Source: Neodothiora populina (Eukaryota). Taken from it: 64,000 bases of DNA. The notes beneath the pieces were generated by a model. That model was given only the letters and a program-made list of their open reading frames with translations. It ran no database searches and was not told the origin of the DNA. The DNA is taken from positions 558,001-622,000 of the forward strand of contig NW_027191406.1 in NCBI RefSeq assembly GCF_041146345.1, read 5' to 3'. A program made the position numbers and the translations under genes. Below, piece after piece: positions 12,577 to 24,840 of this stretch (position 1 is the first letter of the stretch; the number at the start of each line of letters is the position of its first letter).

Positions 12577-15168
12577 TCATCCACCCACGGTTATGTCACT
12601 GTCAGACTTGGTGATAGTGTGCGTCGTTACATCGGCAGTGTAGCCAGAGAACAGAGTAATGTTGTGAACGTCGATGGCCTGCCCCACACTAGTGCTACCC
12701 GAAGTGAAGAAGTCTTGCAGGTTCTCCTGGGCGGTGATGGCGCTTTGCAAATTGCCCGAGTCCTGCAACACGTAGAGTACCGCGACTCGAGCAAAGTCCA
12801 GCATCGTAGAATTTGATGAAATTGAAGTCGTGGCCATTGGTGTAGACGACGACTCTGTAGAGCTAGGGGAATTATCAAAGACGATGCCGTTACTCGTCAC
12901 AGCTGCACTCGTCGCTGCGATGGTGTCCTGACGTCGATCCAAAGTTGTTGGTGTGGGCGCATCGAATGCCATCTCGACGTCGACTTGCACTGAACGAGCG
13001 GTCTTACCATTAAGCGTGACAAGTGCGTTCTCTGACGTACAGCTGAGGCTGTTCGAAGAGAACAAGTTCGTGATAAGTGTTCCATTCAGTGGAATGCTGA
13101 AGTCGGTTGACGCTGCTCCGACAAGGCGTGGAATAGCATCTCCAACCGTCACATTGCTTGCACCGTCCACGTCGATAGTCGTGCAGCCTGTCGAGGATTT
13201 CTCCGAACATGTCGTTCCGGTGAAACCGTTGACACAGAGGCAGCCACAGCTATCACCCTTGCCCACGACACTAGTACCGCCATTATTGCAAGTAAGCGTT
13301 TTCTGACAGGCCGCAAGGGCTCCCGAAGGACTATTTGATTGCTGTTGTTCTGGGAGATAGACAAGGACGACCGGAATGACAACGGCGGCAGCGATGATTA
13401 GCAGCACCACCACAAGTAGTAGGAGGAAGACCCAAAGTGGCATACCACAGCATCTCCGCTTCTTGGGGGCGTCCTCGTTGAAGTCGCTTTCGGAAGGCAG
13501 CACACTATGCCTGAGATGTGATGGCCACTGACCCATTCCTCGGGAACCTCTTGATCCTGTAGGCGTAGCTATTGCTGGTGGCGGAAAGGAAGCAAGAATG
13601 TCCGATAAAGAATTACCAGACTTTCTTTTCTCCAGACCATGAGCCTCGCCCTCGGCACCGAACCAGTCCATACCGAGTCTACTTGCAGTCCGTCCACGAT
13701 CCAAATTCGAGGCCAACCTGGTCGCTCGCATGATCAGTTCAGGCAAACTAGTCAAGCTACCGCGAGCCTCAGCCTCCTTGACGGCATCGACGTCGAGGCG
13801 AGGTGGGCGCCTGGTGCCAATTCTCTTTGCCAGATTGCCCTGTTTCTCACTATTGGAAAGCTGACTGATGTAACCAGGGTTGATATTGTTCGAGATAGAG
13901 CTCTTCTCCGAACTTTCGTTGCTCGGCTGATTGCCTGTTCCTCCCCTGCCAGAGGGAGATTGAGCCCGTATCTGCTCTCTCGCCGCCGCTAATACTTCCC
14001 GGGAATGCTGCTGCTTGAGAGATTTCTCATTATCGGGCAGAGAAGTGCTGTCAGTCGACCCAGAGACCGCTGGTTCGTCAAGGTTCGAAACATTGGTGGG
14101 TTTTTCCGATTGCGCTATTGCTTCAGGGGTTGGCTTCACATTGGTGGCAAGATCCACCATAGGCCAATTCTCGACCTGTCGGTTCTTAGACATGTGCGAT
14201 ATCCCAAAGGTGTCGGCCTCTTGTGCAGCATGCTGTTGTATTTGGGGAAGTGGCTGCGTTTGACTGTCGGGGCGCAAGCTGTCGTTGCTGGAGATGGTCG
14301 TCAAGGTCGGCCTTGATCTCCGGCCGATGCTTGCTTGTCGAACAGGGACAGCCGTGAATTCCTCGTGCGCATCTCCGTGATCACTTGGCGACTCGTCTTC
14401 CGAAGGCTCTTCGTAGCGCTCATCGAATGGTGATTCATTATCACTCTGAATCTCTTCTTCGTTTTCCAGATAGTGCTCTGAGATACCAATAGGAATTGCT
14501 GCACTCGAGGCATAGGAGTCATGAGCAGTTCGTGTGCTATGACTACGGATACTGTCCGTTTCCTCAACGATAGGTGGCACAAACGAAGTATGCTGATAGT
14601 ACGATGACGGTCCTCGACGCGCAGAAGGAGGCGGGCCGAGAGGAGCCTTGCGGTTAGATGGTTGGTTGTTTTGTTGCACGACGTTCCGCGGCACCTGAGG
14701 CACAGGGAAATCAGGAATAGAATACTCAGATGATGTTGAAGCACGAGATGATCCGGTCAGGGGCCTGGAAAGATTTGGTGTCGGATACAACGAGTCGTCG
14801 TCATCCCACTCTCCGGAATCTTGGCGGTACTGTGGAATGACCTGAAGATGAGGCCCTTGATTTGGCGCAGGCCGCGTACCAGGAAGTAAAAGAGTCTGAC
14901 TAGGTCGGGGTGGTCTCGGGGGCGGTGGGCCTCGCTGTCCAGGCCTGGGCACAGCCTGAGCATGTTCATCCCTCAAAGGCCATTGCTGCTCACGATCTAA
15001 AGGATGTTGCACTCTGACCGGTTCTAGCTGATCGGGTCTATCTGGCCTCGTCGCCATCTCCTGTGCTTGCACCATTGCATGGTTCTGCCTTAGCCTTGGA
15101 GGCTGTACAATGGGACCATGAGAGGGAACACGGCTATTGTCAACTTGTCTAGGGTTCTGATAAGCCAT
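12577..15168 (-). CDS. Uncharacterised single-pass membrane protein with EGF-like domain (about 863 aa)
   Basis: Intron-less ORF with a long Pro/Ser-rich N-terminus and a basic/Cys patch KKRRCCG before a hydrophobic helix. The helix is followed by 'CQKTLTCNNGGTSVVGKGDSCGCLCVNGFTGTTC', an EGF-like CxC..G.TG..C pattern. Confidence 0.85.
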   Translation of the reverse strand: MAYQNPRQVDNSRVPSHGPIVQPPRLRQNHAMVQAQEMATRPDRPDQLEPVRVQHPLDREQQWPLRDEHAQAVPRPGQRGPPPPRPPRPSQTLLLPGTRPAPNQGPHLQVIPQYRQDSGEWDDDDSLYPTPNLSRPLTGSSRASTSSEYSIPDFPVPQVPRNVVQQNNQPSNRKAPLGPPPSARRGPSSYYQHTSFVPPIVEETDSIRSHSTRTAHDSYASSAAIPIGISEHYLENEEEIQSDNESPFDERYEEPSEDESPSDHGDAHEEFTAVPVRQASIGRRSRPTLTTISSNDSLRPDSQTQPLPQIQQHAAQEADTFGISHMSKNRQVENWPMVDLATNVKPTPEAIAQSEKPTNVSNLDEPAVSGSTDSTSLPDNEKSLKQQHSREVLAAAREQIRAQSPSGRGGTGNQPSNESSEKSSISNNINPGYISQLSNSEKQGNLAKRIGTRRPPRLDVDAVKEAEARGSLTSLPELIMRATRLASNLDRGRTASRLGMDWFGAEGEAHGLEKRKSGNSLSDILASFPPPAIATPTGSRGSRGMGQWPSHLRHSVLPSESDFNEDAPKKRRCCGMPLWVFLLLLVVVLLIIAAAVVIPVVLVYLPEQQQSNSPSGALAACQKTLTCNNGGTSVVGKGDSCGCLCVNGFTGTTCSEKSSTGCTTIDVDGASNVTVGDAIPRLVGAASTDFSIPLNGTLITNLFSSNSLSCTSENALVTLNGKTARSVQVDVEMAFDAPTPTTLDRRQDTIAATSAAVTSNGIVFDNSPSSTESSSTPMATTSISSNSTMLDFARVAVLYVLQDSGNLQSAITAQENLQDFFTSGSTSVGQAIDVHNITLFSGYTADVTTHTITKSDSDITVGG

Positions 15169-17944
15169 CAATCACCCTTCTTAGAGAAATTTTTGTTTTG
15201 CGAATGTGCAACCAATCTTTCTTGGTGCTAGAAGGAGAAGTCTGTCGCGAAAGATCCGCAACGTGCGCCTTGCGTATTACAGTGAAGTGAAATCTCCCTT
15301 CGAAAGACACCTATGTGCAGTCCCTTTCTCTCCGTACTATCTCGATGGCTTGCGCGTAGAGATATTGTATCAGAGTCGCATTACGAAGATTATGAAGTAT
15401 TCCGTGGTGCAGCTAAGGATATCTAAGCCGGTATATACCGAAAAGACGCAGAGATGTTCCAGAGAAGTGGAGATGGAGTGAGCGCCTCGCCAGCGACAGC
15501 TTTGGAGAAGAATTGGAATAATGAAGGGACTTTTGAGTGATTCAGTACATAGTGGTGAAGTGATACGTCGCGTACATGAACATACCGTGTTTGACCAACA
15601 CTAATGTGGAATATGGGCTCAGACACACGATCAGTATCTAGGCACAGCGATCAATCGACGTTGCCAATAGCCGGTGTGGAGACTCGAATAAAGATAATGG
15701 TAGGAAAAGGATGGACGAGCGATCTACACTCAGCTAAGCACAGCTTTACAGCACCACAGGCACAGCTAGATGGTCGCTGAGGAGCACTACAAGTGTAAGA
15801 AAATATCAGATAGCCTGCATCGAGAAAAAGCGAAGAAATGCTGAGCGGCAACGAGCAGAATCGAGTCGTTCGCGTCGCAACCTGCGTTCCACAATCTAAG
15901 CATGTTGGAAGCGAGGGTGGGAGCAATATAATGCTGCTGATCGTTCCCTTCATGGCTAATCTTTAGCGTCGCCCTGAAACACGCCTCCATACCTGCGCCT
16001 AGTCAAAACACGAACCTGGAACACCGTTGGCCCGGAACGCTTCCGTCGTGGAGGCGTGCAACCGTGGCTATAGCCACCACGGACATCGCAATGAAGATTT
16101 CTACGTTGGTAAGGTTGAGTAGTCTACGTTTGCACACTCCAACAGCTTGTCAAACGGCCTACAATTAAGCTTGATAGAGTACTCCACCCTAAAACCAAGC
16201 GAGCTTCGTATATTACTGCTGTCTATAAGGGACACGGATGGCACTGGATCGTTGGCGGCCCGGCCTCCTATTGTTAGAGTCCTAACTGCGGTAGTAAAGA
16301 CACAAGTACCGTACTCTGCGGATTGTGCATGGGAAACATCTGTGCAACATAGGGTTCCGCCAGGATCGCCTTAGCACATGCTCACTATCGCGCATCGCGC
16401 ATTAGTTCGTCTCTGATCACGAGACGCGACACGTTTTCTACAGTACAGTACCGAGTACGTCGCTGCGCGTTGGTTTAGTCTTGATAGCGTTGTCCTTTCA
16501 CGCCTTACAACAGATCACAGTGGGAAATGGAGGGAATACCTTCGAGTGGGGAATATCGCGTAAATCGGGGACCACAAACGCAAATCTAAAGCTCGGATAC
16601 TTGATGGCCTTTTGAACGTCCTTCTACCTGGCATAAGATATATATGGCAAGAAAACATTCTAGAAAGATTCATGGATATGGAAGAAGTCTAAGTGATTGC
16701 GCTCGCTCTTACACACGGCTCGAGGTCCGGTCCTCCGTATTTGATTGAGGTTCATGAGCACGGCCTCGGATGTACGCAATTGCCCTTCGCGATAAAGTAC
16801 AGTTCTCATGTGATATCCTTGACACACTGCGTATCGGACTGTTGTGTGGTTCATGTCGTTGACGACATGTCCACGATGATATCGTATACGCAATATTTAC
16901 CTTCCGAGTTGAACTCATAGCGAGTCCTAGCATTGGAACAGCAAACCTGACATCAATGACATGAAGAATCTGAGGACCATAAAGGTTCTCACCATATCCA
17001 ACTGCGTACAGAACGACGGATGTCTCTTCTAGACCTACATACTAAAGCTCCATCTTCCCATACATCTCGACCTTGCTCTGTATTTAAGGTATATCCATAA
17101 CCAAGATTAGACACATATGGTAAGCAGATCGCACCATCGCTAGTGAAGCATATATACCCTTCCAGATCCAGTGAACTAATGGAGGGAAAGCGATGCAGCA
17201 GTAAGTCTTCGAACTTCCGTACTCTCTGAATCTGCATAATGAGCAAAACCAGCATTAACAGGAGCCCTGCTCACTATCTACCAAAGCGACATGCATGCCT
17301 CGAGACCAGATCTAGTCTATAGCAAGCCAATTCCAGAAGAGTCACGTATATGTGTGGATATCACTGGACAGGGTCGCCCTGAAGCCGGTTCTGTCGCGCA
17401 CTGGAGACTGATATCGTTGAAGTGATTACCATACCTCCCGCACGACTGCATATGCCATGTAAGCTGCTACTAAAGCCTTGTATGGCGCAGGTATGGTGCA
17501 CAGTGGGAGAGAGGGCTTTGTGATTGGCATCTGTAGACAGAAGTTACTTGTGCAATCTGTGTGTGATGGGTGCTTTACTTGAGATAGCTTCATACAGAAC
17601 GTTAATCCTGCCGAAGCCGACTTTGAAGGATGGACGAAGAACAACAAAGATGGCACAGGAGAGGTAGTATGCATGCATGCATGTTATCATCAAGGTTTTG
17701 TTCTGTCTGTTCGCTGCCTGCTGTTCAGAGGGTTGCGCCTCTATACATCACGGAAACCACGACAAAAAAAAGGGCAGAAAAGGCAGTTCTTCCAATATGT
17801 CTGCGCGACCGATGTCGAAGGCCCTTCGATGCGCCGATTAACGCCTGAAATGCATAAACTACAGGTTGGGACGGACGTTCCCTTTGCTTTCCCTCTGCTT
17901 CTTTTAGTTAAGGTGATAGCTTCCAGGGATCATGTATAGAGATC

Positions 17945-18803
17945 TCAGGAGTTCTCGTTTTGTACAGTCGACTGTAGAGGGGCAGACATATGTTAGCATC
18001 CATATCGGGGAGTCACTTGCAAACAGGGACGCCATGGTGACTCAATAAATACGTACCACTAGCCAGTCCATTCCTTCCGTGACACCTCGTCCATCGATGG
18101 CGCTACAAGCAACAATGGTCCAATTCCTGTCCTTGAGCTCGCCCAGTCGCAAAGCCTCGCTGATGTCGCCCGCTCCTTTCGCTCCCGGTTGATCTTGCTT
18201 GTTCGCGAACACCAGCAGCGCAGCATCCCGTAGCTCGTCCTCGTTCAGCATGGCCGAGAGCTCGTCGGCGGCGGTGGATAATCGGTCGACGTCGGTGGAG
18301 TCGATGACGAAGACGACGGCGGCGGTGTTGGCGTAGTAGCATCGCCAATAAGGCCGGATTGAAGTTTGCCCTCCCAGATCCTGAATGGTTCATAGCTTCT
18401 GTTAGATGGTCCATGAACCCGACTTGGATACCTGCGGCTGGAAATTGTTCATACCCAGACGTTGAAATTGAGGTTCTTGTATGTGACTGATTCTACATTG
18501 AAGCCTATCGTCGGGATCGTCGTGACCACTTCGCCAATCTGAAGGATCACACGAGAGGGATCAGTATTATTGCACGAGGAAGACCAGAGACACCACATCA
18601 ACTGAGTCGCTCTCACCTTGAGTCTATAGAGTAGTGTCGTCTTGCCGGCATTGTCCTGCGCAGCCAAGCAGCATCAGCCTTCCCGTCTCAAGCCTACATG
18701 GCGGATACTGGTGTTCGCTGTTTCATACGAGGCCGAGAATTAGAATCCTTATCTCCTTCTTCGCGAATAGCAAGCGCGAGAACGTCGACAGATATCCACC
18801 CAT
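17945..18803 (-). CDS. ARL1: ADP-ribosylation factor-like GTPase Arl1; exons 18803-18729, 18655-18617, 18538-18455, 18380-18057, 17971-17945 (182 aa)
   Basis: Myristoylation start MG, 'GLDNAGKTT', '[10 protein letters not shown]', '[17 protein letters not shown]' (Arl1-typical) and 'NKQD'. Five exons join in frame. Confidence 0.95.
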
Positions 18804-19335
18804 GGTTCTGATGTGTGTTTTATTGTTTTACTTGTTTTCCGGGTTTCGTGATAAGGTATGTGCAATTGTAGATAAGCTTGGCAGGTAATTCTATATGGAT
18901 CGCTTGTTCTTGGATAAGGTAATATGTCGTATATAAGATGAACGTGGCGTGAATGCTAATGTCTTTGACCAGGGCTGGGCACGACTCGGACGTGGTCAAC
19001 TTTATAATCTTGACGGGAAAGGTGTCCAATCTCGAAGATGATTATTATGAGCAACGGTCGGCGCACAACAAGTCGTTAGGGTGGATTGGACAATGAATCG
19101 CTTTCCCCTGTGTTGCCCTTCCAGCCTCGGTCGTGACGTCGGGAGAGCTTCGAGGGCCGAACAAACAACACAAACAGGTACGATTACTCTAGGGAACATA
19201 ACTCTCGGGGGTCATTCATTCGGCACATGTGGAATAACACACGGCAGCAGCAGCAGCAGCACCATTATCACGGCTATGCAATATATCATGATTAATTCAA
19301 TACAGGCATTTCTATCAACAATCCACTAATCCTGT

Positions 19336-22230
19336 TCATTTCGGTCGCGTCTCCACTCCGGGATATTCTCTGCTCGCAATGTAGTCGAGGGTGCGTTGGA
19401 AATGCTTCCTGGGATTATCGAGACTCGACGCGTTGTCGGTAGTGTTGAGATTAGAGTGAATAAGCTCGATCAACCCGTTGAGATATTTGGTCGTGACCTG
19501 TTTAAGATGTGTCAGCCGAGGCTCGTGACACAACCAATATCATGTCAACTTACAGCATCGTTCTCCTGGTCAAAGTAGTAGACGTAGCGATTAAGGATCT
19601 CTACAAAGAGCTCGACGGACACGGCGGTGTCCATGCAGGCGTCGGCAACACGAAGTGCGCGTTGCAGGCACTCAAGCACTCTCTTGCCATCGCGATATAC
19701 CTGAATAGTCAATGTCAGTAACAGTCTACTCCAATATCGGGAAAGCACTTGCCTCCTTCTCCTCCTTGCCCTCTTTGGCCTCGTCTTCTTGGCCCTTGGC
19801 CACCCACCACAGATGACTTGCCAGGTAGACAGCGCGACACTGGTCGGGTTTCTTGAGTAATTTGCTGCCGTGCAAGGCACATTTCGTGATGAGTGTATCG
19901 TAATTCTCACGGCTGAAATTCCTTGCGCCGCTAAGGCTTTGCGCAATGACACAGATTGCCTGGAACTGAGCCCTGGAATCGCTCACGCTTTCTTCATAAA
20001 CAGTAAATGCTTGTGCGAAGAACTCGTAAGCCACCTCCTCGAATTGACATTGATCAGCCACCATGCCGCTGGAAATGAAAAGGCGGAGAGCAAGATCCGG
20101 TGCTCCCGGAGTAGACACCCTCGTGTATAAGGTTGATATTAGCGAATGACAAAACTTGTAGAGCGCTGTGGATTGGGTGGACCAGTCATCTTGCAAATGC
20201 TCCCTTGCCTTGTACCTGCGGGCGAGCTTAAGAGACGCCGTGACCAGAGCTGGTGTTGTGTATTTGATGCGCTCACCACCTTGAGCAAGGGCATCTCGAG
20301 TAGCTTGTAGAAGCTATTTCGAAGATTAGTGATGAAATGGTACTTATCGAGTTTCTCGAGTAGCCTACCTTGAACTGGCTGTTGGTGTCGTCGCCGCGGA
20401 TCAAGTGCACCAACCTGGCCAACCAACCCTGCTCCTCAACTGTCTCATCCGTCTCCAATACGGCTCTCCGAGCAGGACCGCCGGGGTATCCCGGTGTCGC
20501 TTGCATACCCTCTTTGATGAGGACCTTAAGGATTTCAAGCACGCCCTGCAGATTCTCCGAAGTAGCGATTCTGGGTTCGTTACGCAGCAAGCTCCGGGCA
20601 ACCTCGCCCGCAACAGCGCGCCGTGTCGGATATGGTTGAGCGTTCAAGAGAGGAATGAAACTCGGCACAGCCAATGCAGTGAAGAGAGAAAAGTACGTTT
20701 TGATGGGCGCGAGGAGGAGACTCAAGAGGTTGGCCTGAGATGCTTGCGAGTGAAGGTCGGCGCTGTTTGCATGTCTGCCGACCTCCTTGTTGGCGTATTG
20801 GAAGACTTGATCGACGTACTCGAGGCGATCAGGGTAGACGTTCAGCGCCAGATTGATCAGAGACACGAGCAGAGCGGTGATATCCTGGATGGGTAATCTC
20901 TGCATGCTGATGAGGTGAATGACCTGCTCGTGGAAGACTTCGAAAAGGCGGACGTTATCAGGGATCCCCCGGCTCTTCTTGACATGTCCATTTGTAGTAG
21001 CTGCATCGGAGACCGCAGTTGTCTCATCATCGTCGGCCGGTTTGTCTTGTTCCGTCGCCTCAATTTGGTCTTTGTCATCGGCTGGATCGGCTCCGTTCTG
21101 GTCAGTGGAATCAGCAGCTTCGTCGCCTGCCGATTTGGCGGCGTCTTTGGCGAGTTTTAGCTTCTCGAGAAGTCTGGCGGTAGCATCGGTCTCAGCCTTT
21201 TGGCGATCTTCGGGAGAATCGGCCTCAGCCTCTCTCGCAGCATATGCAGACAACCGGTCCATCAGAGCGATGACGATAGCCTTGACATTGACGTGAGGAT
21301 TCAGGCGCGCGGTGGCAGATAGGAACTGGTCGAGGGTATGTAGGTGGAACTCATCGGGGAAGACCTGAGTGACGACTTCGAGGAGATACTCCTGAGCAAG
21401 AACATCGCGACATTGCACGACCTGTTCTAGGAGGGGCTGCAGGATGACGTTCTTGTATGATTCGAGGTCGACAAGCTGGCTGAGACGGACAAGATTGCTT
21501 CCCACCAACAGCTGCAGTTCCTGGCGTTCTCTCGTCCTCTGTTCACGTTCCCTGGAGTGACCCTGGTGCTGCAGTCTCACCCATAGCTTGTTCATCTCGA
21601 CGAAATTGGTCAGGACGAAGCTGATGGAGTCCTGGAGATTGCCCTCTGGACCGTCGCCGTCTCCAGTCGGCAGATAGTCCCTGGCCTGACCGCTCAAGTA
21701 GTATCTCAGAAAAAGACCTCTGATGGGGTGCTGGACACCGCGGCTCATCTCCATCATGTCCTTCATAATCTCTTTGACGGGAGCATCCTCAATGCCCATG
21801 TAGACGGTGCCGACGGTGATCATAAGGTAGAGACGCGGGACTATGTTGCCGGCATACTGGACCAGCTCGTACAGATCGGCAAGGTGGTTCGTAGGATGCG
21901 AATCGCGCAGGTAGCTGGAGAGGTAACGCAGAGCATCAAAGACGGACATGTATAATTCATAGTACTGCTTGGGGCCCAGACTCGAGGTTCGTAGCTCGGA
22001 CACCAGGGTGGAGCTGTTGTGATTGCGGTCAGTTCAGGTAACCCTTGCATGCGCTGGCTACAGCAGAGAATGAATGGTAAAGCGACACACCTGCACTTGA
22101 GCGCATCCATGAGTTTGCCTGGAGTGTCGAGGCATCTTCGCATGAGCACAGTCTGTTGGCGCACCACGGTCAAGGCATCCTCCAGCAGACGCGCCTGGTC
22201 CTCGACCGGAGGCGGTGGGGGTGAGGCCAT
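19336..22230 (-). CDS. VPS35: Retromer subunit Vps35; exons 22230-22091, 22013-20369, 20313-19753, 19700-19554, 19497-19336
   Basis: '[22 protein letters not shown]', '[16 protein letters not shown]', '[20 protein letters not shown]' and '[10 protein letters not shown]'. Intron 3 needs a GC donor. Confidence 0.97.
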
Positions 22231-22834
22231 TTGCTGTATATCAATGTGTCTAGTTTCGTGATTCCAATGCGATCAAGACACCGACTACTGGTACAGGGCG
22301 AATGCCATATCATAGAAGAAAGAAATCGGTTACAATTACAGCTACCTCCCTTGGTAGAGTTGTAGGTGACATGTCATCTGCCTTTGCCCAGGCCAACCCC
22401 AAGAGACAATGACAATGGGGAAACAACGTCTGTGCGTTGCGCTAGCCGCCCATCACCTTCCGCGCTCATTTCACCTCACTAGGTACGGCACCTATCTTAC
22501 TGTATTTTACACATATAACATCATCACGATTTCATCAATGGCTGGCGGAAACAAGGCGATGTAAATTATATAGATCTGATGACCTTGTTGTGGTGATTGT
22601 ATTATTTATAGTAGTGGTAGTATTACTGAAAGTAACGTCTAATGCACTCGTCCATCCGAGAGTCGAGGACGAGGAGGTATCATAAAGATCAACGCCGTCC
22701 GTGATGCAAAACCAAATGCTTCGCTCGCTGAAGTCACCCCCGCTTTTTATTGACAATTCTCCAATTCCATTCGACCCATCCATTCCTATTCACACTTATT
22801 GTACATTTCATCTTGTTTACTCAACCGACCGTCT

Positions 22835-23812
22835 TCATGTCGAGTGAGTGCTGTTCCAGTTGAAGCGAACACTGGGGATGATGGTCGGGAACGTCTTGAC
22901 AGCGTAAGACGTGTGCCACATTCCGTCGTCGTAGTAGGATGTCGTCGATGCCGAAGTCACCGTCGATGTTTCCACCACTGTGACGGTCGACGCCGCGCCG
23001 TCAACAGTCACAGTCTGCACGGCGGCAGAGCTCACAGGCTTGCTGCTGACGACGCTTGTGGTCAGGGTCGAGGCCACAATCGTGCTTGCGACAATGGTAG
23101 TGTATGCCGTCGCCGTGCTCTCGACAATGGACTCGGACACAATAGCATCAGTCTGTGTGGCGCTGCTGGATGTTGCCGATGTTGTCGAGCTTGTTGTTAG
23201 GCTGGTTTTGCTTGAAACATCGCCGGTAGAAACAGGAACAGGCACTACCGTCATGGTTGACACGACGATGACAGGGTCAGAGCTTGTATATGTCGAGGAC
23301 TCTGATGATGATGATGACGATGATGATGTTGTAGAAGCAGATGGTGCTGTGCTTGTAGAAAGTGTCGTCGTGGAGGGAAGCTCGCTTGGTGACGACGACG
23401 AAGCTGATGAGGACGATGATGAAGAGAATGATGAAGAGGATGATGATGAGATTGATGATGAGATTGATGAAGAAGATGCGACCGGAATGCTACTTTCCGT
23501 CGATGAAGTTGTGGATGTTGCTTCCGCTGTAGGGATCGGAGTATTAGTGACAGTCACCGACACTGATACAGTCGCCGGTGATGCAGTGACGTCTTTTGTG
23601 AGAGTGTCGAAGATTGTTTGGGTTGCCGGTGCGGCAGAGGACACATCAGTAACGGTCGCGTAGACGGTAGTTGGCTCTGCAGCACTGCTGATTGCAGCTG
23701 AACCGCCGTCGACGTCGACCACTGAATAGCTGACAGCAGGTCTTGGGAGAGCTTGAACCCTAGTTGAGAGAGATGCAAGCACAAGTGCTGCTGAGCACAT
23801 GGAGTAGCGCAT
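22835..23812 (-). CDS. Secreted Ser/Thr-rich (mucin-like) protein of unknown function
   Basis: Signal peptide MRYSMCSAALVLASLSTRVQA, then a very S/T-rich body bracketed by short motifs 'YSVVDVDGG' and 'TSYYDDGMWHTSY'. No clear GPI-type hydrophobic tail. Confidence 0.8.
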   Translation of the reverse strand: MRYSMCSAALVLASLSTRVQALPRPAVSYSVVDVDGGSAAISSAAEPTTVYATVTDVSSAAPATQTIFDTLTKDVTASPATVSVSVTVTNTPIPTAEATSTTSSTESSIPVASSSSISSSISSSSSSSFSSSSSSSASSSSPSELPSTTTLSTSTAPSASTTSSSSSSSSESSTYTSSDPVIVVSTMTVVPVPVSTGDVSSKTSLTTSSTTSATSSSATQTDAIVSESIVESTATAYTTIVASTIVASTLTTSVVSSKPVSSAAVQTVTVDGAASTVTVVETSTVTSASTTSYYDDGMWHTSYAVKTFPTIIPSVRFNWNSTHST

Positions 23813-24840
23813 TTTGGAGTTTGTTGAGGTGGTGGTGATGAGATGATGATGTTGTTTGTATGTTCTGTGCGTAAAGAGTGTGTATTGCAGCAAAAGAGAA
23901 GGGAATGGCTCTTTCACGAGATTATGTTCCAATGTGTGAGGTGTGATGTGCAAAATGAAATGTGGATCCTGAACCTACCTCGCAAGGCGGGCACTCATAT
24001 ACTAGACCCACTGGACTACGAAGCCTTAGATTTTCGAAGGCTGGTATAGGACAAGAGGTGGTTGGGAGGAGGCTCGTGAACGTTTTAACGGCATAACATG
24101 GAATGTGGCGCAAACGCTTCGAGCCGAGCGAGCCCTCGTGGATGCCTCTTGGCATTTCTTCAGCAACCCTCATTATAGGGCTGCGCACAGCCACAGTGGC
24201 TGACCTCAAGCAGAACTCGAAGTGTTGCGCTCTACGAGGTGATCTTGGTCGGAACTCTGTATTCATTCCAAAGATGGAATAAATCCGCCACAAGGCTGAG
24301 TGTGGTCATGATGTTTTTTGGGACCTAGGTGCAATGCGACACTCTGGTGACGCGACAAGGGGTCGGCGAGTGACGAAGTGATATGGTAACAATGTGAATA
24401 GGCAACGGTTATTGTAAGGGAAAATTCTTCGGCCGTTCAATCGTCGCGACCATCCGTAGAACAGATGCAACACTCTTCACTGATATCGATTTTGACACGC
24501 CAGCTTCCGAGCTTGCCACGGGCTGTAATGTCAATCCTATAAATCAATCTCATGCATTACCGTCTTCCCGCAATCTTGTCAGAGACATCGCCCTGCCATT
24601 TCTACACATCATGCTATCGACCGAAAGTCAGTGCCCCACAGCACTTGCAAATTTAGCCCATCAAAAGTCTACAAACTATAAGGTAGGCTCTGGCTTTTAC
24701 CTCCGCTGATGGTGTTTTAACGGTGGCGACATCTGCCAGAGAGTCAGCCGAGCCCGCACAGTTGAAACATAAGCCTTTCTCTGCACCAGTAGGTTTTGCA
24801 ATTCCTTGGTTCAATCTTGTCATCTCTTGTCTTAGCGAAG

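Noticed and set aside
22980..23663. Acidic/Val-rich 227-aa + strand ORF
   Set aside because: Mirror of the Ser/Thr-rich secreted protein; the - strand has the signal peptide and a proper ATG.
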